Source: Flexilinea sp.
GTDB taxonomy: Bacteria > Bacteroidota > Bacteroidia > Bacteroidales > Bacteroidaceae
DNA length: 64,000 nt
Assembly (NCBI GenBank): GCA_963653995.1
Contig: CAVJZJ010000003.1
Coordinates: 40,901-104,900 of the forward strand
Direction: 5' to 3'
Part shown: one piece after another, positions 1 to 9,245 of the stretch
How positions within the stretch are numbered: the stretch's first letter is position 1
Layout: each line of letters begins with the position of its first letter
The notes under the pieces: generated by a model
What the model was told of the DNA's origin: nothing
The model's database searches: none
What the model saw: the letters and a program-made list of their open reading frames with translations, nothing else
Position numbers and translations under genes: made by a program

Positions 1-10
1 TGTTGTTCAT
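1..10 (-). CDS. 5' end of a gene running off the window edge (Met-Asn-Asn...), possibly an HU/IHF-family protein
   Basis: ATG AAC AAC on the minus strand, co-oriented downstream of rimO; product guessed only from recalled Bacteroidales gene order. Confidence 0.25.
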
Positions 11-41
11 AGGATAAGGCTTTTTTGGGTCAGTGTGTTTA

Positions 42-231
42 GTGACGGTAAAAAATAAGTTGGTATGATTTGCGGCTTATATTTTTGAGATGTTTTTGTC
101 TCTTGAAGAGGGAGCATAGCGGGCTATGTGACCGATGAAAGAGGCGAAAATAGCCAAAAAGATGAGCCGGACAACCATCCAAATATGTATTTCATAGTTC
201 TCAAATCGTACCAAGTTTTTTTTATCGTCAC
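42..231. mobile_element. MITE-like hairpin element, copy 1
   Basis: ~30-bp imperfect terminal inverted repeats GTGACGGTAAAAAATAAGTTGGTATGATTTG / CAAATCGTACCAAGTTTTTTTTATCGTCAC, TTA on both flanks (39-41, 232-234), near-identical copy at 39795-39987. Confidence 0.85.
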
Positions 232-246
232 TTAGGTGGATTGTCG

Positions 247-1578
247 TTATACGACTTCGCCGTAGAGATCGAACTCGTCGCTGCCCGTGATATGTACGTC
301 GTAGAACGAGCCGACGCGCAAGCGGCGGGTGGCCTTTACAAGTACCTCAGGGTCGACTTCGGGCGAACAGAACTCGGTGCGGCCGATGTAGTAGTCGCCT
401 TCTTTGCGGTCGATGACTGTTCGTAGAACGGTACCTACCTTGGCCGCTTCCACTTCAGCGCTGATATCTTGCTGCAGGGCCATTAGTTTGTCAAGACGAC
501 GCTGTTTTACCTCTGCTGGCACGTCGTCCTTGTAGTGCTGGGCACTGTATGTGCCTTCTTCTTCGGAATAGGCGAATGCGCCCATACGTTCAAATCGTTC
601 CTCACGGACAAAGTCCATAAGCTCTTGGAAGTCTTCCTCTGTTTCTCCGGGAAATCCTACCATCAGTGTGGTGCGCAGATGAATACCGGGTACGGCCTCG
701 CGTATCTTGTGGATGAGGTCTACGGTTTCGGCTTTGCCTACATGTCGGTGCATACGGTCGAGCATGTGGTCGCTGATATGTTGTAGGGCAATGTCGAGGT
801 ATTTGCATACATTTGGTTTCTCGCGCATCACGTCGAGCAAATCGAGCGGAAACTGGTTGGGGTAGGCGTAGTGCAGGCGTATCCACTTCACGCCCTTTAT
901 GTCGGCGATATGTCGCACAAGGTCGGCGATATGTCGCTTGCCGTCGATGTCGACACCATAGTATGTGAGTTCCTGGGCGATAATCTGAAATTCGCGCACG
1001 CCGCTCTCTACCAGTTGACGTACCTCGCGAAGGATGTCCTCTTCGGGACGGCTGATGTGCTTTCCTGTGATAATCGGTATAGCGCAATAGGCGCAACGGC
1101 GGTCGCATCCCTCGCTGATTTTCAGATAGGCATAGTGGTGGGGCGTGGTGAGGTGGCGTTGTCCGTCACAGGTGGTCACATCGGCTTTGCCCAGGTCGGT
1201 GAGCAGTTGTTTGTAGTTGAACTTGCCGTAGAATTTGTCTACCTGTGGTATTTCGGCTTCCAATTCGTCTTTGTAGCGTTGCGAGAGGCAACCCATGACG
1301 TAGAGTTGCTTGATGCGGCCTTCCTCTTTGGCCTTGGCGAACTCGAGGATGGTGTTGATACTTTCCTGCTTGGCATCCTCGATAAATCCGCAAGTGTTGA
1401 TGACGGCGATTTCGCCTTCTATGCGCTTGGCATCGTGGGTGCAGTGGTAGCCGTTGGCTTCAAACTGCCGCATGAGCAGTTCGCTGTCGACCAAATTTTT
1501 CGAGCAGCCCATTGTCACGATGTCTATCTGTCCTTTCTTCATATTCTCGTTTGGTGTATCATTGCTTGTCATCTCCAT
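247..1578 (-). CDS. rimO: Ribosomal protein S12 methylthiotransferase RimO (start may be 1542)
   Basis: GCSKNLVDSE N-terminus, NTCGFI, radical-SAM CDRRCAYC, C-terminal TRAM-like region with SPEVDPEV. Confidence 0.95.
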   Translation of the reverse strand: MEMTSNDTPNENMKKGQIDIVTMGCSKNLVDSELLMRQFEANGYHCTHDAKRIEGEIAVINTCGFIEDAKQESINTILEFAKAKEEGRIKQLYVMGCLSQRYKDELEAEIPQVDKFYGKFNYKQLLTDLGKADVTTCDGQRHLTTPHHYAYLKISEGCDRRCAYCAIPIITGKHISRPEEDILREVRQLVESGVREFQIIAQELTYYGVDIDGKRHIADLVRHIADIKGVKWIRLHYAYPNQFPLDLLDVMREKPNVCKYLDIALQHISDHMLDRMHRHVGKAETVDLIHKIREAVPGIHLRTTLMVGFPGETEEDFQELMDFVREERFERMGAFAYSEEEGTYSAQHYKDDVPAEVKQRRLDKLMALQQDISAEVEAAKVGTVLRTVIDRKEGDYYIGRTEFCSPEVDPEVLVKATRRLRVGSFYDVHITGSDEFDLYGEVV

Positions 1579-1617
1579 GTGGAGTGACGATGGTCGTGGG
1601 GCGTTGGGTAATTGGAA

Positions 1618-2574
1618 TTACTGCTTGTCGAACAGGGAGTCTACAAACTGTCGGCGGTTGAAGAGTTGAAGCGACTCCATCGACTCACCCAGTCCGATAT
1701 ATTTCACGGGCACCTTCAACTGGTCGCTGATGCCGATGACGACACCACCTTTGGCCGTGCCGTCGAGTTTGGTGATGGCCAAGGATGTGATTTGGGTGAC
1801 GGCGGCAAATTGGCGGGCCTGTTCGAAGGCGTTTTGTCCGGTGCTACCATCGAGCACGAGCAGTACCTCATCGGGAGCGGTGGGCATCACTTTCTTCATG
1901 ACATCCTTGATTTTTTTCAATTCGTTCATGAGTCCAACCTTGTTGTGCAGACGTCCGGCAGTATCAATGATGACGACGTCGGCCCCGTTGGCTTTGGCAG
2001 AGGAGAGGGTGTCGAAGGCAACGGAGGCAGGGTCTGAACCCATCTGTTGCTTGATGACCGGTACGCCTACGCGTTCGCCCCAAATGCAGATTTGTTCGAC
2101 GGCGGCGGCACGGAAGGTATCTGCAGCGCCGAGGTAAACCTTCTTGCCTGCTTTCTTGAATTGGTAGGCCAACTTGCCGATGGTGGTGGTCTTGCCTACG
2201 CCGTTGACTCCAACGACGAGGATGACATAGGGACGATGGTCTGTAGGCAAATCCCAGTCGTCGTTGTCGGCAGAGTTGTTTTCTGTGAGCAGTGACGCTA
2301 TCTCGTCGCGTAGTATGCCTTGCAGTTCTGAGGTAGAGACATACTTGTCGCGTGCCACTCTTTCCTCGATGCGCTTGATAATCTTGAGGGTGGTCTCTAC
2401 GCCGATGTCCGACGTGATGAGTACTTCCTCGAGATTGTCGAGCACGTCATCGTCTACGGTAGATTTGCCTGCGATGGCGCGTGCTATTTTTCCGAATACG
2501 CTCTGCTTGGTCTTTTCAAGGCCGTTGTCGAGTACTTCTTTTTTGTTTTTGTTGAACAGTCCAAATAATCCCAT
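1618..2574 (-). CDS. ftsY: SRP receptor FtsY
   Basis: GVNGVGKTTT, DTFRAAA, DTAGR, TKLDGTAKGG motifs. Confidence 0.97.
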   Translation of the reverse strand: MGLFGLFNKNKKEVLDNGLEKTKQSVFGKIARAIAGKSTVDDDVLDNLEEVLITSDIGVETTLKIIKRIEERVARDKYVSTSELQGILRDEIASLLTENNSADNDDWDLPTDHRPYVILVVGVNGVGKTTTIGKLAYQFKKAGKKVYLGAADTFRAAAVEQICIWGERVGVPVIKQQMGSDPASVAFDTLSSAKANGADVVIIDTAGRLHNKVGLMNELKKIKDVMKKVMPTAPDEVLLVLDGSTGQNAFEQARQFAAVTQITSLAITKLDGTAKGGVVIGISDQLKVPVKYIGLGESMESLQLFNRRQFVDSLFDKQ

Positions 2575-2654
2575 GTATGCGTTGTTTTTTTGTTTTGCGG
2601 TTTTGAAGGTGAGTTTTTCTTCTCGGCTTGGATGGTTATAGAACCCGCCATACT

Positions 2655-3860
2655 TCAGTCGAAGTTGGAAGCCAATCCTCCGGTGCTGGTCTCCTTGTAG
2701 AGCGACGGAAGGTCGTGTCCTGTCTGTTTCATGACGCGCACGACACGGTCGAACGAGACGCTATGGGTGCCGTCTGAGAATGAGGCGTATAGGTTGGCGT
2801 CAAGTGCGCGGGCTGCAGCAAAGGCGTTGCGCTCGATACAGGGTATCTGTACCAACCCGCACACAGGGTCGCAGGTCATGCCGAGGTGATGTTCAAGTCC
2901 CATCTCTGCTGCATATTCTATCTGCGAAGGGCTGCCGCCGAACAACTGGTTGGCTGCGGCTGCGGCCATAGCGCAGGCTACGCCTACCTCGCCTTGACAA
3001 CCTACATCGGCACCCGAGATGGAGGCGTTCTGCTTGACGATATTTCCGAACAGTCCGGCGGTAGCCAAGGCGTGTAATATACGTGTTTCGCTGAATTCAT
3101 GTCCCTTCCACAGATGGTAGAGCACAGCGGGAAGTACACCGCACGATCCGCAGGTGGGGGCGGTGACGATGGTTCCACCGGAAGCGTTTTCCTCAATGAC
3201 GGCCAATGCATAGGCGAACACCAGTCCGCGGGTCTGAAGGGTCTGTCTGTAGCCGCGGGCTTTGACGTGGTAGGTGATGGCTTTGCGCGGCAGATGAAGC
3301 GGACCGGGCAATGCCCCCTCGTGGTCAAGTCCCCGCTCTACGGCTTGTCTCATGGCCAGCCATACCTCACGGAGATAGTCCCAAAGGCCGCTTCCTTCAC
3401 ACTCTTCTACGTATTCCCAATAGCCGCGGCCTTGGCTGACGCACCAGTTCATGATTTCTTTGAGCGTGTTGAGCGCGTAGGGTTCACCCTCATTGGGAAT
3501 CCAACGCGGATGTTCACCCTCGGACAATGCGCCGCCGCCGACACTGTATACCGTCCAGGTGTCGGTCGGGTGTCCGTCTGTACCATAGGAAGTGAAGCAC
3601 ATGCCGTTGGGGTGGAACGGCAAGTAGATGGCGGGTTGCCAGTCTATCTCCACCTTGCCTCTCGGCTCGAGCACTTCGCGTACGGCCACATCGGTCAAGT
3701 GGCCGCGCCCCGTGGCGGCAAGGCTACCGTAGAGCGTCACCTTGAAATGACGTGTTTCGGGATGGTGGTCGACAAACATTTGCGCTGCTTTTTGCGGTCC
3801 CATCGTGTGGCTACTCGACGGGCCTTTGCCTATTCTATATAGTTCTTTGAGTGATTTCAT
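2655..3860 (-). CDS. sdaA: Fe-S L-serine dehydratase, single chain
   Basis: IGKGPSSSHTMGP, YGSLAATGRGH, APTCGSCG, GCQGEVG, LGMTCDPV..LVQIPCIERN; start taken at MKSLKELY (3860). Confidence 0.92.
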   Translation of the reverse strand: MKSLKELYRIGKGPSSSHTMGPQKAAQMFVDHHPETRHFKVTLYGSLAATGRGHLTDVAVREVLEPRGKVEIDWQPAIYLPFHPNGMCFTSYGTDGHPTDTWTVYSVGGGALSEGEHPRWIPNEGEPYALNTLKEIMNWCVSQGRGYWEYVEECEGSGLWDYLREVWLAMRQAVERGLDHEGALPGPLHLPRKAITYHVKARGYRQTLQTRGLVFAYALAVIEENASGGTIVTAPTCGSCGVLPAVLYHLWKGHEFSETRILHALATAGLFGNIVKQNASISGADVGCQGEVGVACAMAAAAANQLFGGSPSQIEYAAEMGLEHHLGMTCDPVCGLVQIPCIERNAFAAARALDANLYASFSDGTHSVSFDRVVRVMKQTGHDLPSLYKETSTGGLASNFD

Positions 3861-4210
3861 AACGTTGGCTTGTAAAATAGGGGATGGTTTACCGCCCCGA
3901 AAAGGTTGGATACGTATCCTTTTTCGACTATTATCCAACCTATTGCAAATTTACGAAAAAATATTGAGTCGTACATCTATCCGGCTGAAAAATCAAAAGA
4001 CCGATGATGAAACGTCTTGTAGTGTGTGTTATAGGTGGCGGCTTGTTGTGTTCTTTAGTTGTTTGGAGTGCAGCCTTTTCGCAAAAATAGACAAAAGAAA
4101 GTCCCCGTTTCAAAACGAATTGCTAAATTTGCATGGTGGCAGGAGTAGAACTACTGCATACCGCCTTTCAGACATCATTTTATCCATCAAAGTCCTAAAT
4201 CATATTTCGA

Positions 4211-6397
4211 ATGAAAAAAAATCTACTTTCTTCCTTCGTCTTGGGTGCATTGCTAATGTCTGCTGTGTTGCCGGTCGCAGGAAAGGACACTGATCCCAAC
4301 AATTTCAGGCCGTCACGCAATGTGACTTTTACGGAAACAACGCTTCCGCTGGTATTCATCAATGTGAATGGTCAAACCATCGAGCGTGAAAACCGAGTGC
4401 TTGCCACGATGAAAATCATCGACAACAAGGATGGCCACAACTATCTCGATACCATAGCCCATGCCGGACAGACAGTAGACTGGGAAGGCCCGGTGGCTAT
4501 CAAGTACCGCGGAAATACCTCGTTTACCGGATCTGACAAGAAACCCTTCTCCATTCGTCCTTTGTCTGCAGCCGATCTGACGGCCAAGAAAGCCAAGGTG
4601 TCAATCATGGGTATGGCCAAGGACAATGACTGGGCCATGCTTGCACCGTGGGAGGATATGAGTTATATGCGAGATGTGCTGACCATGGAATTGGCGCGTG
4701 GCGGCAGTTCGTTTGCTCCCCACATGAAGTATTGCGAAGTGGTGCTCGATGGTTATTACTATGGCATATATATCATGTCTGAACGTGCCACGAAAGGAAA
4801 AAACCGTCTCAATCTCGATGATCCCACAGCCGATGACCTTACGGGTGACTTCCATGTGGAAATCGATCGCAAAGACGAGGATCATTACTATGTTTCCAAG
4901 CACCATCCGGTGAGCAGTACGGGTGTGGAATATACCAACCGCACGGTGGCCTATCAGTACAAAGAACCTGAGTATGACGACTTTGCCGATCTCCCGTCGG
5001 GTGTAGAGGAGGCCATCGGCAATGCCATCGAGGAGATGGAAAGTTCATTTACAACTGCCGACTATACCGGCGAGAACGGTTATCGGAAGTATATCGACGT
5101 GCAGTCGTTCATAGACTATCAGATTGCGCAGGAATTCTCCAACAATGTCGATGCCTATCGTCTGAGCACGCCACTCTATAAGTACAGTACGACCCATGCC
5201 GCCAAACTCAGTACGGATTCCAAGTGGAAGACGGCCCTTTGGGACTTCAATATTGCCTATGGTACGGCCAACTACTATGATGCCAACAATGTATCGACGT
5301 GGCGGTACAAGAGCAATGACCTTATGGCTTCGGCCGATCAACAACTCGTGCCTTTCTTTTGGTATAAGTTGATGAATGACCCTGCTTATGTGCAGGAATT
5401 GCGCAAGCGGTGGACTGAGCGTCGGGAAGGTAACTATTCCGAGGCATTCATCACGGCAAAAATCGACTCTATGGCCACTGTGCTCCAAGAGAGCGGCGCA
5501 CTCGACCGCGACAATGAGGCGTGGAACAGTCATTTCGGTACGTTCAGTAGCAAGGTCAGCACTCTCAAATCGTTTGTTACCAGTCGTCTTGCCTTCATGG
5601 ACAAGGCATGGAAGATGAAAACGCCTGTTTCTGGCGATCTTAAGGCACTCACTATTTCTAGCGGATTCAATGCCGATGTTATTGCCGAGTCCACACCTTC
5701 GGCTTCTCATGTCACCGGTACTATCGACCAAGCCGGTTATACCCTCTATACCACTGCTGTACAGGAAAGTGGTGCGCTTGCCGGTGATGATCATACGGTG
5801 ATCTCTGCTGATGGTGTGACCTATGTCCTTGCCGACTATACGGCCGACAATGCTTTGACCATGACCTCTACTTCCGACTACGAACTTGAGGTCAGCGACA
5901 GTATACAGAGCAAGACGCTCTATTGTCTGGCTATCAGCGCTGACGGCAAGTCGGTGCTGACCGTCACTCCGAAATATACAGACGGAACAAAAGGCACCTC
6001 TACTTCGGCTACTGTGGCCGACTGGTACGGACAGACAGAGGATGCCGATGATGCAGTCAATAGTTTGGGGCGTATTCTTACCGCCAGTTCTTATTATGGT
6101 CAGGCCGATGCCATCGACGCAAAGGAGGTGTGCTGTCTCTATGAGATTGCCGTGCCGCTAGATAAGGAAAAAACACTCAGCGGTGTGACCTTCTCCAAGA
6201 CGGGCGGACGTCCTACGGTGTTTGCTATGACTGCAATTGTGGAGAAGCCGACTGCCATCAAGGGCATTACCGATGATAGTGCGCATAAGGTAGTCGGTAT
6301 CTACAGTCTTGATGGAAAGTCCCGTACTACTTGTGTTCGTGGTATCAATATCATACGCTATGATAATGGTACGGTGAAGAAAGTTGTAGTAAAATAA
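4211..6397 (+). CDS. Secreted CotH-kinase family protein with probable T9SS C-terminal sorting domain
   Basis: Signal peptide; IKYRGNTS, KKPF, YYGIYIMSE, NNVDAY, WDFNIAYG; C-terminus IYSLDGK...GINII...KKVVVK. Confidence 0.82.
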   Translation: MKKNLLSSFVLGALLMSAVLPVAGKDTDPNNFRPSRNVTFTETTLPLVFINVNGQTIERENRVLATMKIIDNKDGHNYLDTIAHAGQTVDWEGPVAIKYRGNTSFTGSDKKPFSIRPLSAADLTAKKAKVSIMGMAKDNDWAMLAPWEDMSYMRDVLTMELARGGSSFAPHMKYCEVVLDGYYYGIYIMSERATKGKNRLNLDDPTADDLTGDFHVEIDRKDEDHYYVSKHHPVSSTGVEYTNRTVAYQYKEPEYDDFADLPSGVEEAIGNAIEEMESSFTTADYTGENGYRKYIDVQSFIDYQIAQEFSNNVDAYRLSTPLYKYSTTHAAKLSTDSKWKTALWDFNIAYGTANYYDANNVSTWRYKSNDLMASADQQLVPFFWYKLMNDPAYVQELRKRWTERREGNYSEAFITAKIDSMATVLQESGALDRDNEAWNSHFGTFSSKVSTLKSFVTSRLAFMDKAWKMKTPVSGDLKALTISSGFNADVIAESTPSASHVTGTIDQAGYTLYTTAVQESGALAGDDHTVISADGVTYVLADYTADNALTMTSTSDYELEVSDSIQSKTLYCLAISADGKSVLTVTPKYTDGTKGTSTSATVADWYGQTEDADDAVNSLGRILTASSYYGQADAIDAKEVCCLYEIAVPLDKEKTLSGVTFSKTGGRPTVFAMTAIVEKPTAIKGITDDSAHKVVGIYSLDGKSRTTCVRGINIIRYDNGTVKKVVVK

Positions 6398-6421
6398 GAT
6401 TGAAAATTCGCCTGTATCGTT

Positions 6422-6820
6422 ATGGCCAAGAAAGAATACATAGAAGCCAATCGTCGCTGGTTGGAAGAAAAATCCAAAGAAGAGGGCGTACAATCCCTTC
6501 CTCAAGGTATATACTACAAGGTTTTGAAATCGGGCGATCCTACTGCGCCGATGCCTTCGCGTCGCAGTATTGTTACCGCTCATTATACAGGATGGACCAT
6601 CAATGGCAAGAAGTTTGATTCTAGTCGTGGCGGTACGCCTTTCGCCATACGGCTCTCCGATCTCATCGACGGTTGGATTGTTGCCATGCAACAGATGCAT
6701 GTCGGCGATCGATGGGAACTTTACATCCCCTCGGAGATGGGTTATGGCAAATTCTCCCAGCCGGGCATTCCTGGTGGTTCAACCCTTATCTTTGAGGTGG
6801 AATTGCTTGGAGTAGGGTAG
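6422..6820 (+). CDS. FKBP-type peptidyl-prolyl cis-trans isomerase
   Basis: HYTG..FDSS, LIDGW, YIPSEMGYG, IPGGSTLIFEVELL. Confidence 0.93.
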   Translation: MAKKEYIEANRRWLEEKSKEEGVQSLPQGIYYKVLKSGDPTAPMPSRRSIVTAHYTGWTINGKKFDSSRGGTPFAIRLSDLIDGWIVAMQQMHVGDRWELYIPSEMGYGKFSQPGIPGGSTLIFEVELLGVG

Positions 6821-6868
6821 TTCCCTATTCTATGGATTTGTGAGTGGGTGCTATAACCACCTCTTAGG

Positions 6869-6925
6869 ACAATCAACAAAAAACGTTTCGTTGCAGAAAT
6901 GCGCGGAACGTTTTTTGTTGATTGT
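6869..6925. terminator. Long inverted repeat, likely bidirectional terminator between FKBP and the tRNA
   Basis: ACAATCAACAAAAAACGTTTCG...CGGAACGTTTTTTGTTGATTGT. Confidence 0.6.
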
Positions 6926-6991
6926 TTCTTATTTTGTTGTAATGTATATATATAACAAAAAAGACACCGACAAAATTGTTGATGTCTTTTG

Positions 6992-7064
6992 TGCGTCCTT
7001 AGGGGCTCGAACCCTAGACCCACTGATTAAGAGTCAGTTGCTCTACCAACTGAGCTAAGGACGC
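6992..7064 (-). tRNA. tRNA-Lys (anticodon CTT)
   Basis: Minus strand GCGTCCTTAGCTCAGTTGGTAGAGCAACTGACTCTTAATCAGTGGGTCTAGGGTTCGAGCCCCTAAGGACGCA: cloverleaf, 73 nt, CCA not encoded. Confidence 0.97.
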
Positions 7065-7099
7065 TTGCTTGTGAGAACCTTGTTTCTCAATTGCGAGTG

Positions 7100-7107
7100 C
7101 AAAGGTA
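7100..7107 (-). promoter_or_regulatory. Bacteroidetes -7 promoter element for tRNA-Lys
   Basis: TACCTTTG matches TAnnTTTG. Confidence 0.7.
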
Positions 7108-7321
7108 AGCACTTTTTTTGTAGCCTCCAAATTTTAGGAGAACTTTTTTCAAAAAAACTTGCATTTTCTTTTTCCGTCCTTGGATTTAGACCATGCTTTA
7201 GGCGGTTTCCAGTTTTTTATTCGTACTTTTGCGGATAGCAAAAAACTTCTCCAACAAGACTCCGGCGTGCGGCGGACGCGGCAGTGCGCCACCTATTACA
7301 TTATAATATATAAAGAAATAA

Positions 7322-8587
7322 ATGAAAGAATTCGTCATATCAGAGGCCAAGGCAGAAACCGCCATACTTGTGGGTCTCATCACGAAAGAGCAGGACGAGG
7401 CCAAGACCAAGGAGTATCTTGACGAGTTGGAATTCCTTGCCGATACGGCAGGTGCCGTCACCATACGCCGATTTACGCAACGTATGACCGGTCCCAGTTC
7501 GGTGACCTATATCGGAACTGGTAAACTGGAGGAAATACGTGACTTCATCAAGGCCGAGGAAGATGCCGAGCGTGAAGTAGGTATGGTCATCTTCGACGAT
7601 GAACTCTCGGCCAAGCAAATACGCAATATCGAAAAGGAACTGGGTGTGAAGATACTCGACCGAACCTCACTGATACTCGACATTTTCGCCATGCGTGCCC
7701 AGACGGCAGCGGCCAAGACTCAGGTCGAACTGGCGCAGTATCGCTATATGCTTCCACGTCTGCAGCGTCTGTGGACTCACCTTGAGCGACAAGGCGGTGG
7801 ATCGGGATCAGGCGGCGGTAAGGGAAGCGTAGGATTGCGTGGACCGGGTGAGACCCAGTTGGAGATGGACCGCCGTATCATTCTCCAGCGCATCACCTTG
7901 CTCAAGCAGCGTCTTGCCGAGATTGACAAGCAGAAGACCACCCAGCGCAAGAACCGCGGCCGACTCATACGTGTGGCGCTCGTGGGCTATACCAATGTGG
8001 GCAAGAGTACGCTGATGAATCTACTCTCCAAGAGCGATGTGTTTGCCGAGAACAAACTGTTTGCCACGCTCGACACAACGGTGCGCAAGGTGGTCATTGA
8101 GAACCTGCCTTTCCTTTTGGCTGATACGGTCGGTTTCATCCGCAAACTGCCTACCGACCTGGTCGACTCTTTCAAGTCGACACTCGACGAGGTGCGTGAG
8201 GCCGACCTGCTTGTGCATGTGGTTGATATTTCCCATCCCGACTTTGAGGAGCAGATACGAGTGGTGGAGAAGACACTCTCCGAACTGGGGTGCGCTGACA
8301 AGCCGAGTATGATTGTCTTCAACAAGATAGATAACTACAAGTGGGTGGAAAAGGAGGAAGACGACCTCACGCCCCGTACAAAAGAAAATATCACGCTCGA
8401 CGAACTGCGCCGTACATGGATGGGAAAGATGGGCGACAACTGTCTATTCATCTCTGCACGCGAAAAGACCAATATCGAGGAAATGCGTGATACGTTGTAC
8501 CGTAAGGTCCGCGAGATGCATGTGCAGAAATATCCGTACAACGATTTCCTCTATAACGTAGACGATAGTTGGATGGCTGACGAGTAA
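7322..8587 (+). CDS. hflX: GTPase HflX
   Basis: GPGETQLEMDRR, GYTNVGKST, LFATLDTT, DTVGFI, NKID. Confidence 0.96.
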   Translation: MKEFVISEAKAETAILVGLITKEQDEAKTKEYLDELEFLADTAGAVTIRRFTQRMTGPSSVTYIGTGKLEEIRDFIKAEEDAEREVGMVIFDDELSAKQIRNIEKELGVKILDRTSLILDIFAMRAQTAAAKTQVELAQYRYMLPRLQRLWTHLERQGGGSGSGGGKGSVGLRGPGETQLEMDRRIILQRITLLKQRLAEIDKQKTTQRKNRGRLIRVALVGYTNVGKSTLMNLLSKSDVFAENKLFATLDTTVRKVVIENLPFLLADTVGFIRKLPTDLVDSFKSTLDEVREADLLVHVVDISHPDFEEQIRVVEKTLSELGCADKPSMIVFNKIDNYKWVEKEEDDLTPRTKENITLDELRRTWMGKMGDNCLFISAREKTNIEEMRDTLYRKVREMHVQKYPYNDFLYNVDDSWMADE

Positions 8588-8606
8588 GTGATGGAATTTG
8601 TCCCCC

Positions 8607-9245
8607 ATGAAGGTGTTTCCCTATATACTTCTGCTGTGCTCTGCCTTTCTCAGTGCTGTCACTCTGCAGGCACAGGATTTTCTCTGCGAGGGCGACTTGC
8701 TGTTTTGTGTGTCGCCCGATGACAACGCCATCACGGATGTCACGACAGGCATAGACGGAAGGCGTATCGACCATGTGGCGATTGTACATCGTGAGAAAGG
8801 TGCGATGTTTGCGCTTGAAGCGGTACATCGCGGCGTGGTACTTACGCCGATGGACTCCTTCCTGATGCAACGTGACTCGTTGGTACTTGTGGGGCGGCTG
8901 AAGGATACCGCTTGTGTCGCAGCGTCGGTGCAACGTGCCCTTGGTTTTCTCGGGCGGCCCTACGACTTTTTTTTCATGCCCGATGACAGTGCGTTCTATT
9001 GTAGCGAACTGGTGCAGAAGTGCTATCGCGATGCATCGGGCAGACTGGTGTTCGAACCCATTCCGATGTCATTTCATGACAAGACGGGCATAGTGACTCC
9101 CTATTGGAAGGAGTACTATGCCCGTCATGGTATGGAAGTGCCCGAAGGATGGCCGGGTAGCAATCCCGGTCAACTCTCGCGTAGCGACAAAGTTTGTATT
9201 CTCGGACGTCTTAAAGATTTATGTTCACCGAGGCGCCGCACATGA
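8607..9245 (+). CDS. YiiX/YebB-like permuted papain-like (NlpC/P60) amidase, exported
   Basis: Signal peptide, GDLLF, HVAIV, GRPYD, FYCSELV (His precedes Cys, i.e. permuted). Confidence 0.85.
   Translation: MKVFPYILLLCSAFLSAVTLQAQDFLCEGDLLFCVSPDDNAITDVTTGIDGRRIDHVAIVHREKGAMFALEAVHRGVVLTPMDSFLMQRDSLVLVGRLKDTACVAASVQRALGFLGRPYDFFFMPDDSAFYCSELVQKCYRDASGRLVFEPIPMSFHDKTGIVTPYWKEYYARHGMEVPEGWPGSNPGQLSRSDKVCILGRLKDLCSPRRRT

Noticed and set aside
6840..7064. tRNA-Lys as an integration site
   Set aside because: No integrase and no duplicate of the tRNA 3' end seen in the window.
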